A stretch of DNA of 64,000 bases from Gammaproteobacteria bacterium. Lineage in GTDB: Bacteria; Pseudomonadota; Gammaproteobacteria; CAKMZV01. The notes under the pieces were generated by a model that worked only from the letters and a program-made list of their open reading frames with translations, was not told the origin of the DNA and did not search any database. The stretch's first letter is position 1; every line of letters starts with the position of its first letter. The stretch is taken from the NCBI GenBank assembly GCA_965219665.1, contig CBDCOD010000019.1, positions 30,070 through 94,069 of the forward strand, read 5' to 3'. Below, one piece after another: positions 19,075 through 28,693 of the stretch. Position numbers and translations under genes: made by a program.

Positions 19075-20585
19075 GAGTACTCCAGCAAACTGCTGCCTGT
19101 CATTTCAGTAGGCTTAGAAATATTACATAACGCTAATAGTGTAGGCGCAACATCAATCAGGCTTCCACCATCTCGAAGGGTCACAGAATTTTCCCCAACA
19201 TAAACAAGTGGAACTAAGCTGGTTGTATGAGCAGTGTGCGCATCACCTGTTTGTGCATCAAACATCTGCTCAGCATTGCCATGGTCAGCGCAAATGAGCA
19301 AATCATCGGTTTGCTTCAGTGCCCCTAAAACCCTTCCAAGCGCTGCATCACAAGCCTCAATCGCTGCAATAGTTGCTGTTAAATCACCACTGTGTCCAAC
19401 CATATCAGGATTGGCAAAGTTAGCAATAAAAACCCCATACTGCCGACTTTTAATACAAGCTATCAAACAATCTGTCACTTCAGGCAAACTCATCTGAGGT
19501 TGTAAATCATACGTAGCCACTTTTGGAGAAGGAATGAGCTGACGCTCCTCTCCTTCAAAAGGCTGCTCTACCCCGCCATTTAAAAAGAATGTAACATGTG
19601 GGTATTTTTCAGTTTCTGCAATGCGTAGTTGCTTCATACCCGCCTTAGAGATACAGTGCCCCAGTGTATTAGTAATACGCTGAGGTGGGAATATAACCGG
19701 ATAAGGATACAGTTCATGATATTGTGTGAGAGTCACTGCGTAAATGGGCACTTGCTGGTGTCGTTCAAAACCCTTGAAATCGGGGGCAGCCAATGCGCTT
19801 ACTATCTCACGCATCCGATCAGAACGATAATTCATAAACAGCACCACATCACCCTCTTGCATCACTGCACCATCTCCAATAGCAGTCGCTTCAATAAATT
19901 CATCGCTTTCATCACGTGCATAGGCAGCGGCAACAGCTGCTTCAAAACTTCCAGTTTTATGGGCTGCCTGCGCATGCATAAACAAATTGTATGCCTGCTC
20001 AACACGCTCCCAGCGATTATCCCGATCCATCGCATAGTAACGCCCGATCACTGATGCCAGCTGTGCACCACTCTCCTGTAGCGCTTGCTCAAGTGCATCG
20101 GCACTATCCATGCTACTGCGTGGTGGGCAATCCCTTCCATCGGTTATAGCGTGTACGTAACAACGTGCAATCCCCATTTGGTGAACCGCTTTCAACGCCG
20201 CAAATATATGATTTTGATGGCTGTGCACGCCCCCAGTAGATAAGAGACCAATAATATGTACGGCGCGATTGTGCTGCAATGCCTGCTGCAATGCTTGTTG
20301 TAAAACAGCAGTTTTATTAAAATCACCTGTATCAATAGCACTGTTAATGCGGCTAAAATTTTGTCTGATGACACGCCCTGCACCAAGGTGCATATGCCCC
20401 ACCTCAGAATTACCCATCTGTCCTTCTGGCAATCCAACTGCCTCACCATGTGTTTTGATAAGCGTATGTGGATGCTGGGATAATAGTGAATCCCAATGAG
20501 GTGTCCGAGCTAACGCAATAGCGTTATGTGCTGTCACTGTACTGCAACCCCAACCATCTAAAATAACCAATCCACAAGTACGCAT
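19071..20585 (-). CDS. gpmI: 2,3-bisphosphoglycerate-independent phosphoglycerate mutase
   Basis: 504 aa. iPGM motifs (MGNSEVGH, GHSGD). Confidence 0.9.
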   Translation of the reverse strand: MRTCGLVILDGWGCSTVTAHNAIALARTPHWDSLLSQHPHTLIKTHGEAVGLPEGQMGNSEVGHMHLGAGRVIRQNFSRINSAIDTGDFNKTAVLQQALQQALQHNRAVHIIGLLSTGGVHSHQNHIFAALKAVHQMGIARCYVHAITDGRDCPPRSSMDSADALEQALQESGAQLASVIGRYYAMDRDNRWERVEQAYNLFMHAQAAHKTGSFEAAVAAAYARDESDEFIEATAIGDGAVMQEGDVVLFMNYRSDRMREIVSALAAPDFKGFERHQQVPIYAVTLTQYHELYPYPVIFPPQRITNTLGHCISKAGMKQLRIAETEKYPHVTFFLNGGVEQPFEGEERQLIPSPKVATYDLQPQMSLPEVTDCLIACIKSRQYGVFIANFANPDMVGHSGDLTATIAAIEACDAALGRVLGALKQTDDLLICADHGNAEQMFDAQTGDAHTAHTTSLVPLVYVGENSVTLRDGGSLIDVAPTLLALCNISKPTEMTGSSLLEYS

Positions 20586-21551
20586 TTATCCCTCGAATTC
20601 AAAACCCACATGACGGCTTAATAAGCCATTCAAAGCTTCCTTAAGTGTAACCCGCTCTGAGACAACGTTATACACAGCAGATAAAATTGGCAAATCCAGC
20701 TGGTGCTTTTGCTGAATCTGATAAGCAATACGAGCGGCACCTATTCCCTCTACAAGCACATTGGTCCCATCTTGATTATGCGCCAAACTCAAACCATACT
20801 GCCTATTGCGCGACAGGTTATCTGATGCAGTTAATACCAAGTCACCTAATCCTGCTAAACCAGTAAACGTTTGCTCCTTCGCACCTAAAGATTGTCCTAA
20901 CTGTCGAATTTCATGCAAACCTCGTGTAATCAAAGCAGTACGTGCATTCGCACCTAAACTGAGTCCGTCACTAGCTCCTGCTGCAATCGCTACGATGTTT
21001 TTACAGGCACCACACACTTCCACTCCAATAGTATCACGACTCATATAACATCTGAAGGAGTCATGGTGAAACAGTTGTTTCCAGTAGGCTAACTGTTCAG
21101 ACTGCCCAGCAATCACCAAAGCTGTTGGTTTCCCACTCATGACCTCTTGTGCAAAGGTTGGACCTGATAGAACATGTGGTGCAAATCCTGCTGCCTTAGC
21201 AAGACTACTAAGCAAATATCCACCCTCAGCAAAGCCCTTACACGCCCAAATAATATTCGTACAGTCACTGCTGTGCTTAATTTTTTCTAATATACGTTTA
21301 AAAAAAGAACTCGGTGTGGCTATGACCGCCCCACCTACCCCATCTAAAGCCTGTGCTAAATTCGTGGTAGCACTAACGCATATCGGCAGAGTATACTGTG
21401 GGAAAACATCCGTAGTACGTTGCTCATTAATACGATTGATTAAAGACTGATTTCTACCCCAAATCCTGACTTGATGCCCATTAACAGCAAGTTGCATTGC
21501 TAAAGCAGTGCCCCATGCTCCAGCACCCAATACAGCAATAGGCATGCTCAT
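20586..21551 (-). CDS. gpsA: NAD(P)H-dependent glycerol-3-phosphate dehydrogenase
   Basis: IAVLGAGAWGTALA Rossmann motif, 321 aa. Confidence 0.9.
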   Translation of the reverse strand: MSMPIAVLGAGAWGTALAMQLAVNGHQVRIWGRNQSLINRINEQRTTDVFPQYTLPICVSATTNLAQALDGVGGAVIATPSSFFKRILEKIKHSSDCTNIIWACKGFAEGGYLLSSLAKAAGFAPHVLSGPTFAQEVMSGKPTALVIAGQSEQLAYWKQLFHHDSFRCYMSRDTIGVEVCGACKNIVAIAAGASDGLSLGANARTALITRGLHEIRQLGQSLGAKEQTFTGLAGLGDLVLTASDNLSRNRQYGLSLAHNQDGTNVLVEGIGAARIAYQIQQKHQLDLPILSAVYNVVSERVTLKEALNGLLSRHVGFEFEG

Positions 21552-21554
21552 AAT

Positions 21555-22004
21555 TTATTGACGCTGTAAGTACAGTGCCTCAAAATTGATAGGATCAATC
21601 AATAAAGGAGGAAATCCTCCTTTAACTGCCATATCTGAAACACTTTGACGTAGATAAGGAAATAGTTGTGCAGGACAAAATATGCCTAAAACCCGATCTT
21701 GCTCTGCCTCATCAAAACCTTTCAGAGAAAAAAGTCCTGCTTGCTCTGCCTCAATAAGCATCAAAATATCATCGCTATCTGACTCGACTGAAACGGTTAG
21801 TGAAAGCACCACCTCATGCAAGTGCCCAACAGCGCTTGCCTCAACATTCAAATCATATCGTGTTTTTGGGTGAATCGTTGTTCCAAAAACATGAGGACTT
21901 TGCGGGGACGAGTGCGTAAAACTTTTAAGATAAATTTTCTGTATATTGATTGTTTTCTCTGCTTGGGAAGCATTAGTTGCGCGCTCTATAGAAGAATTCT
22001 TCAT
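21555..22004 (-). CDS. secB: protein-export chaperone SecB
   Basis: 149 aa. INIQKIYLKS...CPAQLFPYLRQ are SecB-like blocks. Sits beside gpsA and grxC as in many gammaproteobacteria. Confidence 0.85.
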   Translation of the reverse strand: MKNSSIERATNASQAEKTINIQKIYLKSFTHSSPQSPHVFGTTIHPKTRYDLNVEASAVGHLHEVVLSLTVSVESDSDDILMLIEAEQAGLFSLKGFDEAEQDRVLGIFCPAQLFPYLRQSVSDMAVKGGFPPLLIDPINFEALYLQRQ

Positions 22005-22020
22005 AGGTTCTGACTCTAAA

Positions 22021-22281
22021 TTATGCCTGTATTAGTGCATCCAAGCGCCCTGCTTCTTCCAGTGCACGCAACTCGCTAAAACCACCTACTAAGTGATCTC
22101 CTATGATAATTTGTGGCACAGTGGTTGCCCCATTAGTGCGCTGCTGCATTTGTGCCCAACCGACGTCATCACCATCAATTTGACGCTCCTCAAACGCAAC
22201 ATTTTTTTCCACCAATAACTGTTTTGCAGCAATACAAAAGGGACAAGTTGCCCATGTATATAATAGAATTTTTTTATGCAT
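22021..22281 (-). CDS. grxC: glutaredoxin 3
   Basis: CPFC active site in MHKKILLYTWATCPFC. The true start is probably the ATG at 22281, which has an AGGGAGAA Shine-Dalgarno (SD) ribosome-binding site; the ORF track extends it to 22359. Confidence 0.85.
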   Translation of the reverse strand: MHKKILLYTWATCPFCIAAKQLLVEKNVAFEERQIDGDDVGWAQMQQRTNGATTVPQIIIGDHLVGGFSELRALEEAGRLDALIQA

Positions 22282-22364
22282 AATTAATTCTCCCTGACCC
22301 CTGCCACCAAAGATAGATCTCAAAAGGAGTGCAGGTAGAGCATTGCGCAAAAAAAGCATGATAC

Positions 22365-22877
22365 TTAGTGTTTCTGCGCAGCATCCTTACTGCCCTTAGC
22401 AGACTTGGTTGCTTGTCGCGAATGTTTTTTTGTTGATTTGGTTGGTTTAACTTTGCTGACACCCTGCACTAGGGGAAAATTCTCTGCACGCCAAGAACCT
22501 AACCCCATCTGCAAATTATGGATATTTGTAAAGCCTGCCTTTTTCATAGCGGCACAAGCAGTCGAAGCACTATTACCACTATTACAGTACAGTAGATAGG
22601 ACGCATCTTTGTCCATAGTATCAAAACGTGATTTTAAAGCATCTAAGGCGTAATTTTTCGCTCCTGCAATGTGCCCCTGATCATAGGCACTATCTGCACG
22701 CACATCAATAATCTTCGCACCGTCATTAATCAGACGTACCGCTGCGGTAACATCAATGGTTTTATAGCCTTTAATCAGCGATGAAAAACCATATACAGTC
22801 ATAATTCCTGAGAACACAGTTGCAGCAGCAATAGGCCAATTTTCAACAAAAAATAACTGTAAATCTTGTGGTGTCAT
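22365..22877 (-). CDS. rhodanese-domain sulfurtransferase with Lys-rich C-terminal tail
   Basis: Rhodanese fold with catalytic Cys loop (YCNSGNSAS). 170 aa. Confidence 0.65.
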   Translation of the reverse strand: MTPQDLQLFFVENWPIAAATVFSGIMTVYGFSSLIKGYKTIDVTAAVRLINDGAKIIDVRADSAYDQGHIAGAKNYALDALKSRFDTMDKDASYLLYCNSGNSASTACAAMKKAGFTNIHNLQMGLGSWRAENFPLVQGVSKVKPTKSTKKHSRQATKSAKGSKDAAQKH

Positions 22878-23265
22878 AGTAAATCAAGGCATCCTATCCT
22901 AACTGTAAATACAAATTATTTAGTCGCAATGCACCTTAAAAAAAGCAAGCAACTTAATTTAACGTTCATATTTTACAGTCTTTTGCAGTTTGTTTTTCGT
23001 TTCTTCCTGCCTGATTCTTTTTACAGTCACCACCTAAATATATTAAAAATGAACGGGGCGCTATCGCTATGCGTGCAACTTAAGAACACGAGACAGCTGG
23101 TTTCCCGCCGAACATTGAAGCATGCTAATTTACTTCAAGTTAAAGTAGCAAAAAAGCGCGTGATAGGATAAAATGCGCCTCCCTTTCGGCAGCCCAACTC
23201 TTAACGGACTGTAGTTAATGCAGTTTTATCGTTACAAAGTTGTAGATTTTTTCGGAGATGTAGTT

Positions 23266-23574
23266 ATGTATGCAGTTATTAAAAGCGGCGGTAAGCAGTA
23301 TCGTGTTCAAGAGGGCGATGCGTTAAATGTTGAATTATTGGATGTAGAAATCGGTTCAACAGTGCAGTTTAATGAAGTCTTGGCTGTAGGTGGTGAAAAG
23401 ACCCAAATCGGCACACCCTCAGTAAAAGGAGCAGTGGTAGCTGCTGAAGTGCTCGCGCACAAGCGTGATAAAAAAATTACGGTACTCAAGTTTCGTCGTC
23501 GTAAGGACTCCATGACTAAACAAGGGCATCGCCAAGATTACACGCGCATTAAAATTCAATCGATTACTGCTTAA
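23266..23574 (+). CDS. rplU: 50S ribosomal protein L21
   Basis: MYAVIKSGGKQY start, with a GGAG SD 8 nt upstream of the ATG at 23266. The ORF track starts earlier at 23218. Confidence 0.9.
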   Translation: MYAVIKSGGKQYRVQEGDALNVELLDVEIGSTVQFNEVLAVGGEKTQIGTPSVKGAVVAAEVLAHKRDKKITVLKFRRRKDSMTKQGHRQDYTRIKIQSITA

Positions 23575-23592
23575 TCTTTAAGAGGTAAAATT

Positions 23593-23850
23593 ATGGCACA
23601 TAAAAAAGCAGCTGGTAGTACACGGAATGGACGCGACTCTAATGCTCAGCGTTTAGGCGTTAAACGTTTTGGCGGACAAAAAGTTAAAGCAGGTAACATA
23701 CTAGTACGCCAACGCGGCACTAAAATGCACCCAAGTGATAATGTTATGCGTGGTAAGGATGATACATTATTTGCCACAGCAGATGGTATCGTATCCTTTG
23801 CAAAAAAAGGGCCTCATATGCGCACCTTTGTAAGCGTTATCCCTGCTTAA
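23593..23850 (+). CDS. rpmA: 50S ribosomal protein L27
   Basis: [16 protein letters not shown]... is the canonical L27 N-terminus. 85 aa. Confidence 0.95.
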   Translation: MAHKKAAGSTRNGRDSNAQRLGVKRFGGQKVKAGNILVRQRGTKMHPSDNVMRGKDDTLFATADGIVSFAKKGPHMRTFVSVIPA

Positions 23851-24043
23851 TCGCAGCTCTCCAATCAAACACATAATAACTCAGTCACGAGTTTTGTTCT
23901 CGGCTGTGTTTTTGCTCATTTTTAGGTTTTTTGCTCCTTGAAAGCCGCTATTCAAAAATGCTACAATACCTTGTCTTTACGATCGTTAATAGCATAAAGC
24001 CCGTAGCACAACAATTTTACATACTAATGAGGTTAACTACATT

Positions 24044-24667
24044 ATGAACATGCCGACAAACACCCTGCTGACTCTGTACTCAAATCCAACTTGCGTTGAT
24101 AGTCACCGTGTGCGCTTTTTGTCTGCCGAAAAAGAAAATTTAGTAGAAATCGTAGATGCTTTTCCTCACGATCCACCAGAAAACTTATTAAAAATCAACC
24201 CCTACGGCAATCTACCTACTCTAACTGACCGTGATGTGACCTTACGTAGTGCAGTCGTCATGCTGGAGTATTTGGACGAGCGTTTCCCCAGCCCTACTCT
24301 AATGCCTATTGACCCTATTGGGCGTGCCAAAGTACGCATGATGCTCGGAACTATCCAAGAAGAGTGGCATCCCTCGTTTAATATCCTCAATGATCTCAAC
24401 AGTACGGATGAAGAAAAGGATGCAGCGCGCACTGCTATTCGTGCACTATTGCTGCAGCTAAAGCCTTCTTTCGAAATGTACAAATACTGCATGACTGACC
24501 ACTTCACTATGATTGATATTTCTTTGACTCCGTTACTATGGCGCCTCAAGCATTGTGGCATTAAAGAAGATGATCTGGGGGGGGCATTCAACAACTACTG
24601 TAACAGACTGTTTAAGCGAAAAGCTTTCCTGGCAAGTTTATCCCTCTTTGAGAGGAAAATGCGCTAA
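24044..24667 (+). CDS. sspA: stringent starvation protein A (GST-like)
   Basis: 207 aa GST-fold protein directly upstream of sspB. Confidence 0.8.
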   Translation: MNMPTNTLLTLYSNPTCVDSHRVRFLSAEKENLVEIVDAFPHDPPENLLKINPYGNLPTLTDRDVTLRSAVVMLEYLDERFPSPTLMPIDPIGRAKVRMMLGTIQEEWHPSFNILNDLNSTDEEKDAARTAIRALLLQLKPSFEMYKYCMTDHFTMIDISLTPLLWRLKHCGIKEDDLGGAFNNYCNRLFKRKAFLASLSLFERKMR

Positions 24668-24866
24668 TCCCATGGCACTTTATTAGTAGGGCTGTGGATA
24701 TTATTTTGGAATAATCCAGCTTATTTTCTTTAATATAGCACTTTCATTTTACGAAAAAAATTGTTTTTTTCCACACCTTTACAAAAAAAAGATTGTTAGA
24801 ATAACAGCTCACAATGCAGGATGTACTATGCACCTGCGATGATCTCTGTTCCCCACAAGGAAAAAT

Positions 24867-25364
24867 ATGGGACAACAAGACCTGAGTAATACCAGAGTTA
24901 ATCTGGAAACACAAAAGCCCTTCTTAATTCGTGCCATCTACGATTGGATGATAACTTACCAGTACACGCCTCAGATTCAAATTTGCCCGCTAATTTCTGG
25001 CTGCATTTTGCCTGATTATCTGCTAATTAGATCAGAAATTATCTTGTCTATCTCTCCCAAAGCAATCACGAATCTACTCGTTACTGACGATGCTATTTCC
25101 TTTAAGGCGATATTTAGAGGAATGCCCTTTGCTGTTAAGTTACCACTAACCTCTGTAGCAGCCATTGTTGCCTTAGAAGAAGAAGTAGGTTATCTATTTG
25201 ATATTGATCAACATCTGCCTTTGCAATGGGAAGACCCCGACTACAGTAAAGCACTCGGTCCGCAAAACGACATAGAATACCCCCCTGAAAAGACGCATGA
25301 GTCAGCGACTGAATCCTCTAAATTGCGCCGCCTCTGGCCTTTCAGTCTCAAACTAGAAAATTAG
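24867..25364 (+). CDS. sspB: stringent starvation protein B (ClpXP adaptor)
   Basis: FLIRAIYDWMI...TPQIQI matches the SspB N-terminus (PYLLRAFYEW-like). 165 aa with an acidic C-terminus. Confidence 0.8.
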   Translation: MGQQDLSNTRVNLETQKPFLIRAIYDWMITYQYTPQIQICPLISGCILPDYLLIRSEIILSISPKAITNLLVTDDAISFKAIFRGMPFAVKLPLTSVAAIVALEEEVGYLFDIDQHLPLQWEDPDYSKALGPQNDIEYPPEKTHESATESSKLRRLWPFSLKLEN

Positions 25365-25367
25365 AAC

Positions 25368-26513
25368 ATGCCCCTTAGCGTACTCATCGCAGGATGTGGT
25401 CGATTAGGTAGTTTACTTGCCTTAAAACTGAATAACCAATTCCACTGCATTGGTCTGCGCCGCCAAATAGCCTATTTACCTCATGGAGTAGAAGGCATTG
25501 GGGCTGATTTGTGCCACGCAGATTCACTCCCTAACATTCCCAGTGTTGACCATGTCATTTACTGCCCCGCAGACAGAAAATGTGCTCCCAAAGCACTCTA
25601 TGCTCAAGGGCTCAAAAACCTCTTAAATGCTTTTACTGAAAAGCCTAAAAAATTATGGCTTATATCGAGCACAAGTGTTTATGAGGAAAATGAGGGAGCA
25701 CCTATTGATGAATACAGTGCGACCAATCCTGCATCGCCTTTATTAGATATGGAAAAAATTGGCTTGGATAGTGGTATCAACACAACTATATTGCGCCCAA
25801 GTGGAATATATGGATGGCAATACAGTCACATTTATAGATGGCTCGCTAATGGTACTTACCCCCTACCGCCCCAACATTACTGTAACCGCATTCATATTGA
25901 GGATGTTGCCGCTGCCATCACACACCTTATGCAGTATCCTGAATGCAATACGCTCTATAACCTATCAGATAATAGCCCATGCACAATACAGGCACTCATG
26001 CAACATGCTGCCGCTACACTCCATATACCTAGTCCAGTTAGCTCATCTAATAGTGCAACACTTCACGGTAAGCGCGCCAATAGCACAAAGCTACTACAAA
26101 CAGGCTTTGCACTCTTGCACCCAGACTGCCTCACTGGCTATACACCTCTCTTAGAGGGCTGGCATAGCCTCAGTCAGGTGAGTACTTTCCGCAAAAGTAT
26201 TTATGATGCATGCTGCGCCATACCTGCTGGTAAGGTAGTATCTTATCAGCAATTGGCGCGCGCAGTTGGTAGGCCAAAGGCTGCTCGCGCAGTTGGTCAG
26301 GCGATGGCGAACAACCCGTGTCCTCCCCATGTTCCTTGCCATAGAGTAGTTAATGCGCGCTTTCAATTGTATGGCTTTTCGCAATCTACAGACAATACCG
26401 CGTTACGTACAAAATATAACCGGCTAACTGATGAAGGTGTAGTGATTAAATTTGAACAGCATTTAGCCAATGCAGTGGTTCCTCCTGAAAATCGATGGTC
26501 TTTTTTCACCTAA
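25368..26513 (+). CDS. fusion protein: NAD-dependent epimerase/dehydratase-like Rossmann domain plus a C-terminal MGMT-family (Ogt/ATL-like) DNA-binding domain with an active-site Cys
   Basis: N-terminus VLIAGCGRLGSLLA. C-terminus ...AIPAGKVVSYQQLARAVGRPKAARAVGQAMANNPCPPHVPCHRVVN, i.e. the PCHRV alkyltransferase motif. Confidence 0.6.
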   Translation: MPLSVLIAGCGRLGSLLALKLNNQFHCIGLRRQIAYLPHGVEGIGADLCHADSLPNIPSVDHVIYCPADRKCAPKALYAQGLKNLLNAFTEKPKKLWLISSTSVYEENEGAPIDEYSATNPASPLLDMEKIGLDSGINTTILRPSGIYGWQYSHIYRWLANGTYPLPPQHYCNRIHIEDVAAAITHLMQYPECNTLYNLSDNSPCTIQALMQHAAATLHIPSPVSSSNSATLHGKRANSTKLLQTGFALLHPDCLTGYTPLLEGWHSLSQVSTFRKSIYDACCAIPAGKVVSYQQLARAVGRPKAARAVGQAMANNPCPPHVPCHRVVNARFQLYGFSQSTDNTALRTKYNRLTDEGVVIKFEQHLANAVVPPENRWSFFT

Positions 26514-26663
26514 CTTCCTTTATAATTATTTAAGAATACCTAGGGCTAATAAGGCTAAAATACATGAATAACCTAAACTGTCATTTAGTAAGGTTATCTA
26601 AAAATCGGCATAAACGAACTATCCTGAACAGCGACACTATCACATTATTATGGAGGCAACAGT

Positions 26664-28628
26664 ATGAATAATGTCCAATCAACTTTAGTAGAACTTCGTC
26701 GCTTTGAACCCACGAATACCTTCAAAGCGCAGGCAAACATAACCGCAGAGAAACTGCAAGCTCTATATGATAAAGCAGAAGCAGATTATGAAGGCTTTTG
26801 GGGGGATTTGGCCTGTGAGGAACTCACATGGAACACCCCTTTCACTCAAACCTTAGATAGCAGCAACACACCCTATTTTAGCTGGTTTTCTGATGGCAAA
26901 ATCAATGTATCTGCTAACTGTATTGACCGCCATTTGGCAACACGGGGCGACCAAACTGCTATTATCTTTGAAAATGAAGCTGGTGAATCTACAACCTACA
27001 CATTCAAGGAGTTGCACCGCGCTGTTAGTCGATTTGCTAACGTGCTCAAAGCGCAAAATGTGCAGAAAGGAGATCGAGTTATTATTTATATGCCAATGAC
27101 AGCACATGCTGTTTTTGCTATGCAAGCTTGTGCACGTATCGGCGCAACGCATTCAGTTGTTTTCGGCGGATTCTCTTCAGAAGCATTAAAAGATCGTATC
27201 ATTGATGCAGAGGCAAAGGTGATTGTGACCGCCGATGGCAGTTTGAGAGGAGGGCGTCCTGTGCTATTAAAAAACACTGTAGATGCTGCTATTAGTGATG
27301 GAGCAGACTGTGTTGAAACTGTTATTGTCCTCAAAAATTACGGCAATGATGTTGATATGGTTGCATCACGTGATATTTGGTGGCATGAAGCAGAAAATGG
27401 TGTTTCTGATGACTGCGCTCCCGTTCCTGTTGCGGCAGACCACCCGCTTTTTGTACTATACACTTCTGGCTCTACTGGGAAACCTAAAGGCGTGCAACAC
27501 TCCAGTGCAGGCTATTTGCTCAATACAATCATAACTATGAAGTGGGTAATGGATATCAAGCCTGATAGTGATGTTTTTTGGTGTACGGCAGATGTTGGCT
27601 GGATTACTGGACATTCCTATGTATGTTACGGTCCATTAGCCTGCGGAGCAACCATTATGATTTATGAAGGCGGTCCTATGGCACCTGACGCTGGCCGCTT
27701 CTGGAAAATATGCCAAGAACGTAATGTCAGCATTTTCTATACTGCCCCTACCGCTATCCGTGCATTGATGAAAGCAGGCGATGCGTTCCCTCAAAAATAT
27801 GATTTGTCTAAAATCCGCTTATTAGGAACCGTTGGTGAGCCCATTAATCCTGAAGCCTGGATGTGGTATCACCGTGTTATTGGTAACGAACAATGCCCTA
27901 TTGTAGATACTTGGTGGCAAACTGAAACCGGTGCGAATATGATTGCACCAATACCTGGCGTAGTGGCAACCAAGCCTGGATCATGTACACGTCCCCTACC
28001 AGGCATTGCGATGGCTGTAGTAGATGAAACTGGCGAGCCCATACAGGAACCTAACAGCGGCGGTGCACTGGTCATCACCAAACCTTGGCCATCTATGCTA
28101 CGTACCGTATTTAACAATGATGAGCGCTACATAGACGCTTACTGGTCGCTATTTAATAACCGTTATTACGTAGCTGGAGACAACGCTCGTTTTGATGAAG
28201 ATGGCTACTTTTGGATTATGGGACGCATGGATGATGTACTCAACGTCTCAGGGCATCGTTTAGGAACTATGGAAATTGAGTCCGCCCTCGTAAGCCATGA
28301 TCGCATAGCTGAGGCTGCTGTTATTGGCCGCCCACACGATGTAAAAGGTGAATCAGTATTAGCATTTGTTATTCCTATCGGTGACCGCCCTCAAGGAGAC
28401 GGAGCAGAGCAGTTGGCAAAGGAGTTGCGTGACGTCATTACTAAGGAAATAGGCGCACTGGCAAAACCAGACGAAATCCGCTTTGTTGATAATTTACCTA
28501 AGACACGCTCTGGAAAAATCATGCGCCGCTTGCTCAAAGTCATTGGCAAAGGCGAAGAAGTGACGCAGGACACCTCTTCTCTTGAAAACCCCGATATTCT
28601 TAAACAAATGCAGGACTCTGGCTATTAG
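26664..28628 (+). CDS. acs: acetyl-CoA synthetase
   Basis: 654 aa. YTSGSTGKPKG AMP-binding motif and Acs-like architecture. Confidence 0.95.
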   Translation: MNNVQSTLVELRRFEPTNTFKAQANITAEKLQALYDKAEADYEGFWGDLACEELTWNTPFTQTLDSSNTPYFSWFSDGKINVSANCIDRHLATRGDQTAIIFENEAGESTTYTFKELHRAVSRFANVLKAQNVQKGDRVIIYMPMTAHAVFAMQACARIGATHSVVFGGFSSEALKDRIIDAEAKVIVTADGSLRGGRPVLLKNTVDAAISDGADCVETVIVLKNYGNDVDMVASRDIWWHEAENGVSDDCAPVPVAADHPLFVLYTSGSTGKPKGVQHSSAGYLLNTIITMKWVMDIKPDSDVFWCTADVGWITGHSYVCYGPLACGATIMIYEGGPMAPDAGRFWKICQERNVSIFYTAPTAIRALMKAGDAFPQKYDLSKIRLLGTVGEPINPEAWMWYHRVIGNEQCPIVDTWWQTETGANMIAPIPGVVATKPGSCTRPLPGIAMAVVDETGEPIQEPNSGGALVITKPWPSMLRTVFNNDERYIDAYWSLFNNRYYVAGDNARFDEDGYFWIMGRMDDVLNVSGHRLGTMEIESALVSHDRIAEAAVIGRPHDVKGESVLAFVIPIGDRPQGDGAEQLAKELRDVITKEIGALAKPDEIRFVDNLPKTRSGKIMRRLLKVIGKGEEVTQDTSSLENPDILKQMQDSGY

Positions 28629-28693
28629 CCGTGTACAGGAGAGGCATCCCCCCCGCCTCACTACTTAGACATTATTTAGAAGGACGTTCTGCA

